Of a stretch of 64,000 nt of DNA, positions 44,801-54,308 are shown one piece after another. The translations under genes were made by a program, and so were the position numbers. Within the stretch, counting starts at the first letter, position 1; each line of letters opens with the position of its first letter. The notes beneath the pieces were generated by a model, which was not told the origin of the DNA, made no database searches, and saw only the letters and a program-made list of their open reading frames with translations. This DNA comes from Hyphomicrobium sp. (GTDB lineage: Bacteria; Pseudomonadota; Alphaproteobacteria; Rhizobiales; Hyphomicrobiaceae). Location of the stretch: positions 16,840-80,839 of the forward strand of contig NZ_DASRYS010000014.1 in NCBI RefSeq assembly GCF_035687085.1, in the 5' to 3' direction.

Positions 44801-45205
44801 CTAATTGCCAAGTTCCGCTTGCGGCAGAAGGCGGCGCACGCAACGCAAAAGATCATCGATGCGGACGGGCTTCGTGAAGCCGGCGTCGAATCCGGCGGAG
44901 GTCTCGGGAATGTATTCAGCCGAGATCAGAACAATTTTTATTTCAGGGAATTTTGCGCGCACCCAGCGCGCCAGATCCATGCCATCTAGTCCGCCCGGCA
45001 TACGAATGTCGGTCAGCATGAGCCTGACCCGGTCGAGGCTCGACAACAACGTCATGGCTTCGTGAGCGTCCGCGGCTTCGCAAACGGTATACCCGGCATC
45101 GCGCAGTTCCTCGGCCAAATGCAGCCGAATGAGAACTTCATCCTCCACGACGAGTACCGAACGCTGTGCCAGGACCTCGCCCTTTTCTGCAGGCGCCCGT
45201 TCGAT
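44801..45205 (-). CDS. Single-domain response regulator; start uncertain (possible ATC)
   Basis: SVLVVEDEVLIR, LTDIRMPG, ISAE, KPV. The first beta-strand lies upstream of the first GTG (45148); ATC at 45205 has AAGGAG 7 nt upstream. Confidence 0.75.
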   Translation of the reverse strand: MERAPAEKGEVLAQRSVLVVEDEVLIRLHLAEELRDAGYTVCEAADAHEAMTLLSSLDRVRLMLTDIRMPGGLDGMDLARWVRAKFPEIKIVLISAEYIPETSAGFDAGFTKPVRIDDLLRCVRRLLPQAELGN

Positions 45206-45404
45206 TGGAGATCTCCTTCTCTCACCTGCGCGCAGCTAATTCCGCCGACCGATTTGAGTTCCCTCTGACCGGTCCTTACCGCGTCTGAGCCGTCCCGCGA
45301 TGCAATATCGAGGCCCCCCGCCAATTCGGCAATAAAATTTACAATCCCGAGTGAAACTTATTCCGAGCAAAGGCGTTATATCACTTGGCCAATTCGGGGC
45401 TCGA

Positions 45405-45713
45405 TCAATGGCCGGGCGCGTTCCACCGGGACAAGACCGCATCTTGATGCCTTAATACAATATAGCTTTCAGGGTATTCGAGGGTGGCGGCGTGATAGGC
45501 GGCAAATCCAATGCTGCTGCTGACCGTCGTCGCCAGCACGAGTTCGACCACCGACTTGGTCGAATCCCACAGCTCGACCCTATATGGAAGGTCTGGCTGC
45601 GGTGAAAGATCGGACGGAGAGCTATTGGATCCGGGTGGTAAGCGTTCCGGATCATCGAATGTCGAAAAACGATACCAGGCTCGCAGGCCAGTCATCAGTG
45701 AAAAATCCGCCAC
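45405..45713 (-). CDS. Hypothetical protein
   Basis: LPYRVELWD...VELVLA...A..EYPE..IVLR pattern typical of small Rhizobiales proteins; 102 aa. Confidence 0.55.
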   Translation of the reverse strand: MADFSLMTGLRAWYRFSTFDDPERLPPGSNSSPSDLSPQPDLPYRVELWDSTKSVVELVLATTVSSSIGFAAYHAATLEYPESYIVLRHQDAVLSRWNAPGH

Positions 45714-45864
45714 TCGATCATGAGATCATTAGGCTCATTACTCATATCACTCGTGCAGCTTGACGCAGTGAGATGCATTCCGGCCCATGCGAGAGTATGG
45801 TATCTTTGTGCCGTCGCGCAAGCCCTGCCTTCAACCACGTAATTTGCGGAAGTCGTGTTCGCCG

Positions 45865-48258
45865 ATGTCCCCCTCTGAAATCGCCAAAGCTCGACATTTC
45901 GATCGGAGCCAACAATTCGAACTTCTGGTTCAGGGGCTCAGCGATTACGCCATTTATATGGTTGATCCGGATGGGTTCATCTCCACTTGGAACGCTGGGG
46001 CTGAACGCATAAAGGGCTATGGCGCCTCCGAGATCATCGGCCAGCACTTCTCCCGTTTTTTTACCGAGGAAGACCAGCGTCAGGGGCTTCCGCAGAAGAC
46101 CATTTCGATCGCCCGCGACGCTGGACGCTATGAGGCCGAAGGGTGGCGCATTCGCAAAGATGGCGGACGTTTCTGGGCCCACTCGATCATTGAAGCTATC
46201 AAGGACGAGACGGGCACGATTATCGGGTTCGGCAAGGTCACGCGCGATATAACCGACCGGCACGAGGGGCAGCTTGCGCTGATCGAGAGCGAACGGCGCT
46301 TTCGTCTTCTGGTCGACAGCGTCGTCGACTATGCCATCTACATGCTCGACCCGAGCGGCGTCATTACCAACTGGAACGCCGGCGCCGCGCGCATCAAAGG
46401 CTTCAGCGCCGACGAGGTCGTCGGCAGCCACTTCAGCAGGTTCTACACGAAAGAGGACCGCTCGCGCGGTCTGCCGGCCATCGCTCTGGAGACGGCGCGG
46501 CGTGAAGGCAAGTTCGAAACCGAAGGCTGGCGGTTGCGCAAGGACGGCGGTCGCTTCTGGGCATCCGTTGTCATCGAGCCCATCCGCAACGAAACGGGGG
46601 AACTCGTTGGCTTTGCGAAGGTCACGCGCGACATAACGGAGAGGCGAAGCGCTCAGGAAGCGTTGCGCGAAAGCGAGCGGCAGTTTCGCATGCTCGTTTC
46701 CGCCGTCATCGACTACGCGCTTTTCATGCTCGATCCCAACGGCGTTGTCGTCAGCTGGAACTCGGGCGCGGCAAAAATCAAGGGCTATCGGTCCGAAGAG
46801 GTTATCGGCAGCCACTTCTCGCGATTTTATACCGAGGAAGACCGGCTCGCGGGCGGCCCCGCCCGGGCACTCTACACGGCCGCGCACGAAGGCCGGTTTG
46901 AAGGCGAAGGCTGGCGCGTACGCAAAGACGGCACGCGCTTCTGGGCCAACGTCGTCCTGGACGCCATACGGGACGAGAACGGGCACCTCGTCGGCTTTGC
47001 CAAGATCACTCGCGATATCAGCGAGCGGCGCGAAGCCCAGATCGCGCTTCAGCGTGCTCAGCAGCAGCTCGCCCACGCACAAAAGATGGAGGCGTTGGGT
47101 CAGCTCACGGGCGGCATCGCCCATGACTTCAACAATTTGCTGACGATCGTCGGCGGCCAAGCGCGCATTCTCAAGTCCCAGGTCACGGATCCGCGTGGAA
47201 GCAAAGCCCTTGCGAGCATCGAGGCAACCGTTCAACGCGGCGCCTCATTGACCCGGCAGCTCCTCGGCTTCTCGCGCATGCAGAGGCTCGAGCCGCAGCC
47301 CGTATCACTCGATGAACGATTGCCTGGTCTGCAGGCCATGCTGTCGACCTCGTTGCCGGTCAATACGCGACTTATCGGCGGCGTGCTTCCCGACACGTGG
47401 CTCATCATGTCGGACCCCAATGAACTCGAACTCGCCCTGATGAACCTGGTCCTCAATGCGCGCGACGCGCTGCAAGGAGGCGGTACCATCACCATAACGG
47501 CCGACAACGTTACGCTCACCCGCGAGGACAACGAAGAAGGGCTTGAGGGAGACTTCGTGGCGCTCAGCGTCTCCGACACCGGCGCCGGCATTCCCAAGGA
47601 CGTCCTCAGCAAAGTCTTCGATCCGTTCTTCACGACCAAGGCGACGGGCAAGGGCACCGGGCTCGGCCTTTCACAAGTCTACGGCTTCGCGCATCAATCG
47701 GGCGGCACGGTCACGATCGACAGCGAAGTCGGAAAGGGCACGCGCGTGACGATGATCCTGCCGCGCGCGGGAGAAGAACCTCAGACGGGCGCCGCCCCGA
47801 AGGATCAGCCGGGCGAGCGCAAGCACGCGCGGATCCTCATTGTTGAAGACAATCCCGACGTCACCGAGGTCACGGCCGCGCTCGTCATGCAGCTTGGCTA
47901 TACGATCCGGCTCGCCAGCAGTGCGGACGCGGCGATGCGCATTCTCGAACAGGAGTCGTTTGATCTCGTCTTCAGCGACATCATGATGCCCGGCGACATC
48001 GATGGGCTGGAATTCGCTAAGCTCGTCCGCCGGACTTGGCCTTCTCTTCCTGTGCTGCTCGCAAGCGGCTCCAACAAGCGCGTTGAAGAGGCTCAAGGCC
48101 AGTTCACGACGCTGCAAAAGCCGTATCAGACGGCCGAACTCGATCGCGCGATGCAAAAGTTGTTGCTCGAACGCAGCGAAAGTTTAAACCGGAAAAACTT
48201 GGTCGATCTTCAAGACGCCAAGCGGCTGCGCGCAGTGAAAACGGACAACGATAAGTGA
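45865..48258 (+). CDS. Hybrid sensor kinase PAS-PAS-PAS-HisKA-HATPase-REC
   Basis: Three internally repeated PAS/PAC units ([26 protein letters not shown]), [12 protein letters not shown]-box, DTGAGI, FTTK, GTGLGL, C-terminal receiver. Confidence 0.93.
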   Translation: MSPSEIAKARHFDRSQQFELLVQGLSDYAIYMVDPDGFISTWNAGAERIKGYGASEIIGQHFSRFFTEEDQRQGLPQKTISIARDAGRYEAEGWRIRKDGGRFWAHSIIEAIKDETGTIIGFGKVTRDITDRHEGQLALIESERRFRLLVDSVVDYAIYMLDPSGVITNWNAGAARIKGFSADEVVGSHFSRFYTKEDRSRGLPAIALETARREGKFETEGWRLRKDGGRFWASVVIEPIRNETGELVGFAKVTRDITERRSAQEALRESERQFRMLVSAVIDYALFMLDPNGVVVSWNSGAAKIKGYRSEEVIGSHFSRFYTEEDRLAGGPARALYTAAHEGRFEGEGWRVRKDGTRFWANVVLDAIRDENGHLVGFAKITRDISERREAQIALQRAQQQLAHAQKMEALGQLTGGIAHDFNNLLTIVGGQARILKSQVTDPRGSKALASIEATVQRGASLTRQLLGFSRMQRLEPQPVSLDERLPGLQAMLSTSLPVNTRLIGGVLPDTWLIMSDPNELELALMNLVLNARDALQGGGTITITADNVTLTREDNEEGLEGDFVALSVSDTGAGIPKDVLSKVFDPFFTTKATGKGTGLGLSQVYGFAHQSGGTVTIDSEVGKGTRVTMILPRAGEEPQTGAAPKDQPGERKHARILIVEDNPDVTEVTAALVMQLGYTIRLASSADAAMRILEQESFDLVFSDIMMPGDIDGLEFAKLVRRTWPSLPVLLASGSNKRVEEAQGQFTTLQKPYQTAELDRAMQKLLLERSESLNRKNLVDLQDAKRLRAVKTDNDK

Positions 48259-48319
48259 GCCGGGCTCCTGCATTCCTGTCGAAGACAGCCCCCGAGCGGG
48301 CGAATGAGAGCAGAACGTT

Positions 48320-48664
48320 TTGGCGCGAATTCTAATCGTTGAAGACGAAGCTCTGATCGCAGAGTTGCTGGCAATGTACATCGAAGAGATAGGGCATGAG
48401 ACCATCGGTCCTGCGGGCACCGTGGCACAGGCTCTGTCGCTCTTGAATGGTGAACGTCCGGCGTGCGCGATCCTCGATTGCGCGCTTGGCCGCGAAGAGA
48501 GCACGCCCATTGCAGAAACGCTCACGAAGGCAGGCATTCCCTTCGCATTCGCGACTGGGCGCGGCGCAGATGCCCTGCCTGAAGGTTTCAAGCAGCGCCC
48601 GATGATCTCGAAGCCATACGTTTTCGAGGATGTTGAGCGCGTGCTGTCAGCCATGATCGGCTAA
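48320..48664 (+). CDS. Single-domain response regulator (FATGUY/SdrG-MrrA-like)
   Basis: IVEDEALI, AILDCAL, PFAFATGRG, SKPY; TTG start; 114 aa. Confidence 0.8.
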   Translation: MARILIVEDEALIAELLAMYIEEIGHETIGPAGTVAQALSLLNGERPACAILDCALGREESTPIAETLTKAGIPFAFATGRGADALPEGFKQRPMISKPYVFEDVERVLSAMIG

Positions 48665-48677
48665 AGCGAAGACAACT

Positions 48678-49712
48678 TCACAGCGGAAATGCGAGTGTCG
48701 CGCGGGTGCCCTGCCCTGCGGCGGAGAGCTTGAGTTCGCCGCCGAGGTTCATCGCCATGGAAGCAATGACCTTGGAACCCAAGCCCGTACCGCCTGCCGG
48801 TTCCTGAGCGTTCACGCCAACGCCGTCGTCTTCGACGGCAAGCAAGCCCTTCCCATCGTCAATCTTCAGGATGACGCGGATCTCGCCCACGCGATCCTCG
48901 GGGTAGGCGTACTTATAGGCATTGGTGACGAGTTCCGTCGTTATGATGCCCAGGGAGACTGCCTTGTCGGTGGGGATAAGGACCTTCGCGCAATCGAGGC
49001 GGATGGGATGGTTTCTACCCTCATCCGTCATCGTGGCTTTGAGTTCTTCAACCAAGCCATCGAGGTAATCGTGGACATCGACGTTACGGACATCTGGCGA
49101 GGTATACAGCCGGCGGTGAACGCTTGCGATGGCAATGATCCGAGCTTGGACGCGGGCGAGCAGTTCCCGGGCCGAGTCATCGCGAATGGAATTGCGCTGA
49201 AGCCCGACAAGGCCGGCCACGATCGCGAGCGAATTGGCAACGCGGTGATTGACCTCTTTCAAGAGCATTTCGGCCCGGTCGCGCGCCAGCCGCACTTCGT
49301 TGTCGGCGGCTTCCTTTTCCCGGCGGAGGCGCTCCTGCTCCAGCGCCGTAGCGATGGCCTTTGCCAGGAGTTCGCGGAAATGGCCCTGGACATCCTTCCA
49401 GACGTAATCCACGGCGCCTGACTTCATGGCCGTGACGGCGATGTGACTGTCTTCCGACCCGGTCACATAAACGACTGGCGGCGCTTCGGGGAGCGCACGG
49501 ATGCTGCGAAGAATATCGAGGCCCGTCTGTCCCGGCAGATGGTGATCCAGCGCGACGATGTCGAAGCGGCTGCTTTGTAGAAGCTCCAAGCCTTGCGTGC
49601 CCGAGGGCGCGATAATGACTTCGAAGCTATGCGCTTCGAGCGTTTTTTGAACTAGCCGGGCGATGCCGGGATCATCGTCGATGTACAGGACCCTGGCGCG
49701 TGACATCGTCAC
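48678..49712 (-). CDS. REC-HisKA_2 (HWE-related) hybrid histidine kinase
   Basis: N-terminal receiver (YIDDD, ALDHHLP), EVNHRVANSL, ELVTNAYKYA, EDDGVG, GLGS; 344 aa. Confidence 0.88.
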   Translation of the reverse strand: MTMSRARVLYIDDDPGIARLVQKTLEAHSFEVIIAPSGTQGLELLQSSRFDIVALDHHLPGQTGLDILRSIRALPEAPPVVYVTGSEDSHIAVTAMKSGAVDYVWKDVQGHFRELLAKAIATALEQERLRREKEAADNEVRLARDRAEMLLKEVNHRVANSLAIVAGLVGLQRNSIRDDSARELLARVQARIIAIASVHRRLYTSPDVRNVDVHDYLDGLVEELKATMTDEGRNHPIRLDCAKVLIPTDKAVSLGIITTELVTNAYKYAYPEDRVGEIRVILKIDDGKGLLAVEDDGVGVNAQEPAGGTGLGSKVIASMAMNLGGELKLSAAGQGTRATLAFPL

Positions 49713-50149
49713 TGAGTTTCCGGGACCTGGATCACGGCGAAGAACAGCCCGAGCTGACGAATGGCATTGGAGAAGTTGTCGTAGTCGACGGGCTTGGTGA
49801 TGTAGACGTTGGCGCCAAGATCGTAGCAGCGTTGAATTTCGCGCTCGTCGTCGGTCGTCGTCAGGACGACTACGGGAATGCGGCGGGTATGTTCGTTGGC
49901 CTTGATCTTTTCAAGGATGCTTACCCCCGTCATATCCGGCAGGTTCAGATCAAGTAGAACCAGCAGATGCCGGCCGATGCTGATTTCGCCACTGCCATCA
50001 GGCCCGAAAAGGAAAGCCAGCGCATCCGTCCCATTGGCGAAGGGGATGATCTCATTATTTACGCCGGCGCGGCGAATATTCCGCTCGATCAGGCGAGCGT
50101 GCCCGGCATCGTCTTCGATCATTACGATCCGTACTGGATTTCCACTCAC
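49709..50149 (-). CDS. Single-domain response regulator (Rcp1-like)
   Basis: MIEDD, LLDLNLPD, VLTTTDD, GANVYITKP; 146 aa. Confidence 0.9.
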   Translation of the reverse strand: MSGNPVRIVMIEDDAGHARLIERNIRRAGVNNEIIPFANGTDALAFLFGPDGSGEISIGRHLLVLLDLNLPDMTGVSILEKIKANEHTRRIPVVVLTTTDDEREIQRCYDLGANVYITKPVDYDNFSNAIRQLGLFFAVIQVPETQ

Positions 50150-50153
50150 GTGA

Positions 50154-51635
50154 TCATTTCCCCCGGATAATCAATTTAATTGGCAGGCTCACCCGGAAGG
50201 TGGTGCCACGGGCCAACGCGGATGTCATCGTTATTTCGCCGCCGAGCCTTCTGACGAGGGTCCGGACATGCGCTAGGCCGATGCCCTCGCCTTGCTGATC
50301 CTGCGGTCCAGCCCGGCGAAATAGATCAAAGACCCTTTCCTGATCCTCAGGTCCGATTCCCCGGCCATTGTCTTCCACGTCGATATCGACCATTCCCCAG
50401 CGGCTCGAAGCTTGCCGGATCGTCACCACAGGCGGCCGGTCCTTCGCCCTATATTTCAGGGCATTGTCGACCAGATTTCCAAATATTTGCTCAAGAGCCA
50501 GCCGGTCGGACTCGATTGTGGAGAGTGGTTTGAGGATACGAACTTCCCCACCGACGGTGGAGACACGGTGCTGAACACCATCGGAGATGGAATCGAAGAA
50601 TTCGTTGAGGTTTATGCGCTCTGGAGCCAGCACCCTTTGGCCTTCGCGGGACAGCTTCAATATCGCTTTGATCAGGCCGTCCATTTTCTGGGTCGAGGTG
50701 CGAATAAACCCGATCGATTCCGGGAGATCGGTCGCGATCGCGGTTTTGGCTGCCTCGCCGTGGGGGAGCGCCTCAATGCCCGGATCGTTCGTCAACTCCC
50801 GCAACGTTTCGAGGCTCGCCTCCAGCTCGCTCGTGTATCCCATGACGTTGACCAACGGCGCACGCAGATCGTGGCTGACGATGTAGGCGAAGCGCTGGAT
50901 CTCCTCGTTTGCCCGTTGCAGATCGGCCGTTCGCTCTTTGACGCGGCTTTCCAGCCCGGCGTTAAGTTCGCCGAGTTCGTTTCGGGCCGCAACCAGTTGC
51001 CGCGTGTATCTAATGATCGTCGCTATTCCGCCTAATGCGGTGAGCAGAATGAAGCTGCCGGCCAGGAGCGCGAATTGACGGGCCATGGCGGTGTCGAGGC
51101 GCTGCTCCTCCACGCCTTCGCTCAGGTTCCTGTCGATCTGGTCCAACACGGCGGAGATCCCACCGCGGATCTGGTCCATCAGTTCCTTGCCGGTGTCACT
51201 CTTGACGATTGCAAGGGCTTCCGACGCCTTTCCAGCGTCATAGGCCTTGATCGTCTCCGCCAACTCGGAAAGCTTCAGATCAATTGCTTTCTCGACTTGC
51301 GCAATTTTGGCAGCTTCCTGCGGATTACCCGTTAGCGACGCGCGGACGACGGCAAGCCGATCGGGCATATTGGAAACCGCGGCTTGGTATGGCTGGAGAT
51401 AGTGGGCCTCACCTGTCAGCAGATAGCCTCTCTGGCCCGTTTCCGCGTCCTGGACGGTCGAGAGAAGGCGCACGAGCGCGGTGCGCTGAGCACGGGTCTG
51501 CAGCACGCCTTCCGTCGTCGTTTGGGTTCTCTGGACGAGCCAGAACGAGGCCCCGATCAGAAGGGCGAGAGCCACGAAGCCGGCAATGGCAAATGCATAC
51601 GTTGTGCGGAGAAGTCGTTGGGGACTGGGGGGCAT
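50154..51635 (-). CDS. CHASE3 sensor histidine kinase
   Basis: TM-CHASE3 (DAETGQRGYLLTG, GKELMDQIR)-TM, SHDLRAPL H-box, NLVDNALKY, DNGRGI, GIGL; 493 aa. Confidence 0.92.
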   Translation of the reverse strand: MPPSPQRLLRTTYAFAIAGFVALALLIGASFWLVQRTQTTTEGVLQTRAQRTALVRLLSTVQDAETGQRGYLLTGEAHYLQPYQAAVSNMPDRLAVVRASLTGNPQEAAKIAQVEKAIDLKLSELAETIKAYDAGKASEALAIVKSDTGKELMDQIRGGISAVLDQIDRNLSEGVEEQRLDTAMARQFALLAGSFILLTALGGIATIIRYTRQLVAARNELGELNAGLESRVKERTADLQRANEEIQRFAYIVSHDLRAPLVNVMGYTSELEASLETLRELTNDPGIEALPHGEAAKTAIATDLPESIGFIRTSTQKMDGLIKAILKLSREGQRVLAPERINLNEFFDSISDGVQHRVSTVGGEVRILKPLSTIESDRLALEQIFGNLVDNALKYRAKDRPPVVTIRQASSRWGMVDIDVEDNGRGIGPEDQERVFDLFRRAGPQDQQGEGIGLAHVRTLVRRLGGEITMTSALARGTTFRVSLPIKLIIRGK

Positions 51636-51845
51636 TTCGCTCTTGGGAAAACTTTTAGCAGAGCCTTATTACCAACCACCTCCCCCTGTGGCCAGCCTTC
51701 TTAGGCCGAATTATCTGCCTCGACCCTGTGCGATAGGCCGGATGCACCAGCGGCTTAGGCTTGCGGTCTACGGCTTTGGGGGCCGCGTCCTTTCACCCGC
51801 CCGAGGCGGGTGGAACCGGCAGTGGCCACACGAATTTAGAGTAGT

Positions 51846-52115
51846 ATGAGCGACCGTATCCTGGATGACGCCAGAGAGGCGTTTTTATTCGTTAATTCCG
51901 ATCGCACCTTGAATGCCGTCTCGCTTCGTCGCGACGGGCGGGATCTTCCGCAAACCGGCGAGAGCCAGTGGCGGTTTGAGCGGGAATTCCCACTTGGTGT
52001 GCATGAAGCCACGCCATTCGGGCTGGACCCAGAACCCATCCTTCGCGGTGTAGCGTCCGATGGATATTTCGTCTGGCCGGTCGAGCATGTGCAGCCGTTT
52101 GGAACGTCTCAGTGA
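51846..52115 (+). CDS. Hypothetical protein
   Basis: ATG preceded by GGAAC-N16-AATT (51812-51836); globular-looking 89 aa ending in RGVASDGYFVWP. Confidence 0.55.
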   Translation: MSDRILDDAREAFLFVNSDRTLNAVSLRRDGRDLPQTGESQWRFEREFPLGVHEATPFGLDPEPILRGVASDGYFVWPVEHVQPFGTSQ

Positions 52116-52390
52116 GTTTGAGTGAGTTGAGTAGCCGGCGTACCAGTCCTGAGCCACCGCGGCCCCCGCCTGAGCCGGCTGGGCCTCAGCGGCATTGGGT
52201 CGAGATTTTTACCGACGGCGTGACAGAGCGGCTGAAGGAAGTTCTCCAGGAAGATATGGATTGGATGACGTCGCGCCCAATCTTGGAGCGCCTCAATCGC
52301 CTGTACGATATCGAACAGACGCGCGGATCGGAAAAGGACGTTTCAGACATCACTCGTCCTTCTGTCCAAAGACCAGGATCCAGCAGATAA
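52112..52390 (+). CDS. Hypothetical protein
   Basis: GTGA overlap with the upstream ORF; Pro-rich N-terminus followed by a helical segment. Confidence 0.35.
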   Translation: MSLSELSSRRTSPEPPRPPPEPAGPQRHWVEIFTDGVTERLKEVLQEDMDWMTSRPILERLNRLYDIEQTRGSEKDVSDITRPSVQRPGSSR

Positions 52391-52626
52391 TCGCTCCCGT
52401 AATCGTCTGCAGCGCCAGAATGATTTCAAGAGGCAACAGGTTAGCGGTCATCTCATCTGTCCTTTCCCATTCGCAGAGAAAACCGCCCCAGAGCGATGCC
52501 AGTTCCGGCTGTGAAGAACGCCGCTGTGGATAAGGAATTCAGGCCCGCTGATACAGATACGGCAAAAAAACGTGCGGAGACGTTTCCGCTCCGCACGCGC
52601 CATATCGAAGGCATATGTCTTTAATT

Positions 52627-52881
52627 TCAGGCCCGCCGCACCATGCCGACGATAAAGAGCAGGATTAAAGATCCGATCACGGCTGCCACGATATTTCCTG
52701 CCGTCGACTCCGTATAAAGACCCATCGCTTGGGCGAGGATTCCGGCGATACCTGCGCCCAGAATGCCAATGACGATGTTGCCGATCAATCCAAAGCCATA
52801 ACCCTTGACGAGAAGCCCCGCGAGCCACCCCGCGATTGCACCAATGATAATCCAGGCTAAAACGGATTCTGGAGCGAGCAT
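52627..52881 (-). CDS. GlsB/YeaQ/YmgE family stress-response membrane protein
   Basis: WIIIGAIAGWLAG, GFGLIGNIVIGILGA, IVAAVIGSLILL; GGAAC-N17-AATT upstream (52926-52951). Confidence 0.9.
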   Translation of the reverse strand: MLAPESVLAWIIIGAIAGWLAGLLVKGYGFGLIGNIVIGILGAGIAGILAQAMGLYTESTAGNIVAAVIGSLILLFIVGMVRRA

Positions 52882-52991
52882 GTGTGACTCTCCTTTGTTT
52901 TGAGGTGTTCCCGTAGGCCTCCTTGAATTCCTCAAAACCAAATAAAGTTCCAAATTGTCACAGAACGTTTTCAGATGTGGCAGGCGCACCA

Positions 52992-53204
52992 CTATCTTTT
53001 ATCAAGCGTCGTCAGCGGATTGTTCGACGGCGCATTGCCGGTTCCGACTTTTTCGGTGGGATTTGGATCCGGCGCAGGGGGCGCTTCGGCGGTTCCATAG
53101 AATTGCCAGCCCGCAATTGCCGCCAGGACAGCAACTGCGACGACGATCGCCGAGCTGCGGAAGACTAGGGTTCGGCGCGCGCTCGCCTGGTTCGGTGTAT
53201 TCAT
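52992..53204 (-). CDS. Small single-TM protein
   Basis: One hydrophobic helix followed by a Pro-rich periplasmic tail; 70 aa. Confidence 0.45.
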   Translation of the reverse strand: MNTPNQASARRTLVFRSSAIVVAVAVLAAIAGWQFYGTAEAPPAPDPNPTEKVGTGNAPSNNPLTTLDKR

Positions 53205-53339
53205 TCGAGTTTGGCCTTGCTGGTTGAGTTCTTTCGCCCGCGAAGGGCATGCGGCTCAACGAGATCGAGGCGCGAAAGGTTGCGCGTGGTCAACCTGAGC
53301 TACATCGGGCGGCGGCCAAAGGGTGCTCGGCCAAGCTCT

Positions 53340-54308
53340 TCAGATCAGTTCGTGAACGCTGAATTGCTCGCCAGCATCGGTCCATAGGCGCTTGGGCTTC
53401 CAGCCGGCCTTGCTTGCCAGCTCACGGAACTCTGAGACCGCATACTTATAGGAGTTCTCAGTGTGGATTGTTTCACCCTGGGAGAAGTGGAAGCGGCTCC
53501 CGGCGGCCATGACGTCCTGAACGCGGTCGCTAACGAGATGCATCTCGATCCGGCCCGCGCGCGGATTGTAGAGAGCCTTATGACGGAAAGCGGCCAGATC
53601 AAATGTGCCAGCGAGTTCGCGATTGATGCGGACGAGGAGGTTCAAATTGAATTCGGCCGTGACCCCTGCGCTGTCATTATAGGCATTCACGAGGACGCGT
53701 GGATCCTTCTTCAGATCGACGCCGATGATCAAGCGCCCCCGATCTCCCAGCACGTTTCTGAAGCTCCTCAGCAGGGCGACCGCCTCATTCGGAGAAAGAT
53801 TTCCGATAGTCGATCCAGGGAAGAAGCCTGTCTTGTTAGAACCGGCAAACTCATCGGGGAGCTCTGGCAGATTGGAGAAGTCCGCCACGAGCGGCCTGAT
53901 GTCGAGCGCTGGATAGCGGCCTTGCAAGCGCGCAGTCGCCTCCGACAACGCAGATTCCGAAACGTCCAACGGCATGTACGTCACGCGACCAGCAATATGG
54001 TCGAGGAGGATTTCGGTTTTCAGGCTCGAGCCGGAGCCGAATTCCACCAGAACATCGCCGCTTGAAATACCATCGACGATTTCGGCTGCGCATTGCTTGA
54101 GGATGCCGATCTCGGTGCGCGTTGGATAATACTCTGGGAGTTCTGTGATTTCCTCAAATAAGCTGCTGCCACGAGCATCGTAGAGGAAGCGGCACGGCAG
54201 CGTCTTCTGCGGGCGAGATAAACCTTCAATGACACTCGCCCCAAAATCATCCGCCAGCGCCGTTGTGCCCGGCAGCGGCAAGGTCTCAAGGTTCGGAACG
54301 TGGCGCAT
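53340..54308 (-). CDS. egtD: L-histidine N-alpha-methyltransferase
   Basis: KTLPCRFLYDARGS.LFEEITELPEYYPTRTE, EFGSGSSLKT, GSTIGN, YNDSAGVTAEFNLN, TENSYKY. Confidence 0.93.
   Translation of the reverse strand: MRHVPNLETLPLPGTTALADDFGASVIEGLSRPQKTLPCRFLYDARGSSLFEEITELPEYYPTRTEIGILKQCAAEIVDGISSGDVLVEFGSGSSLKTEILLDHIAGRVTYMPLDVSESALSEATARLQGRYPALDIRPLVADFSNLPELPDEFAGSNKTGFFPGSTIGNLSPNEAVALLRSFRNVLGDRGRLIIGVDLKKDPRVLVNAYNDSAGVTAEFNLNLLVRINRELAGTFDLAAFRHKALYNPRAGRIEMHLVSDRVQDVMAAGSRFHFSQGETIHTENSYKYAVSEFRELASKAGWKPKRLWTDAGEQFSVHELI

Noticed and set aside
45742-47235. 497-aa minus-strand ORF with internal repeats
   Set aside because: Antisense of the triple-PAS kinase; its repeats just mirror the PAS repeats.
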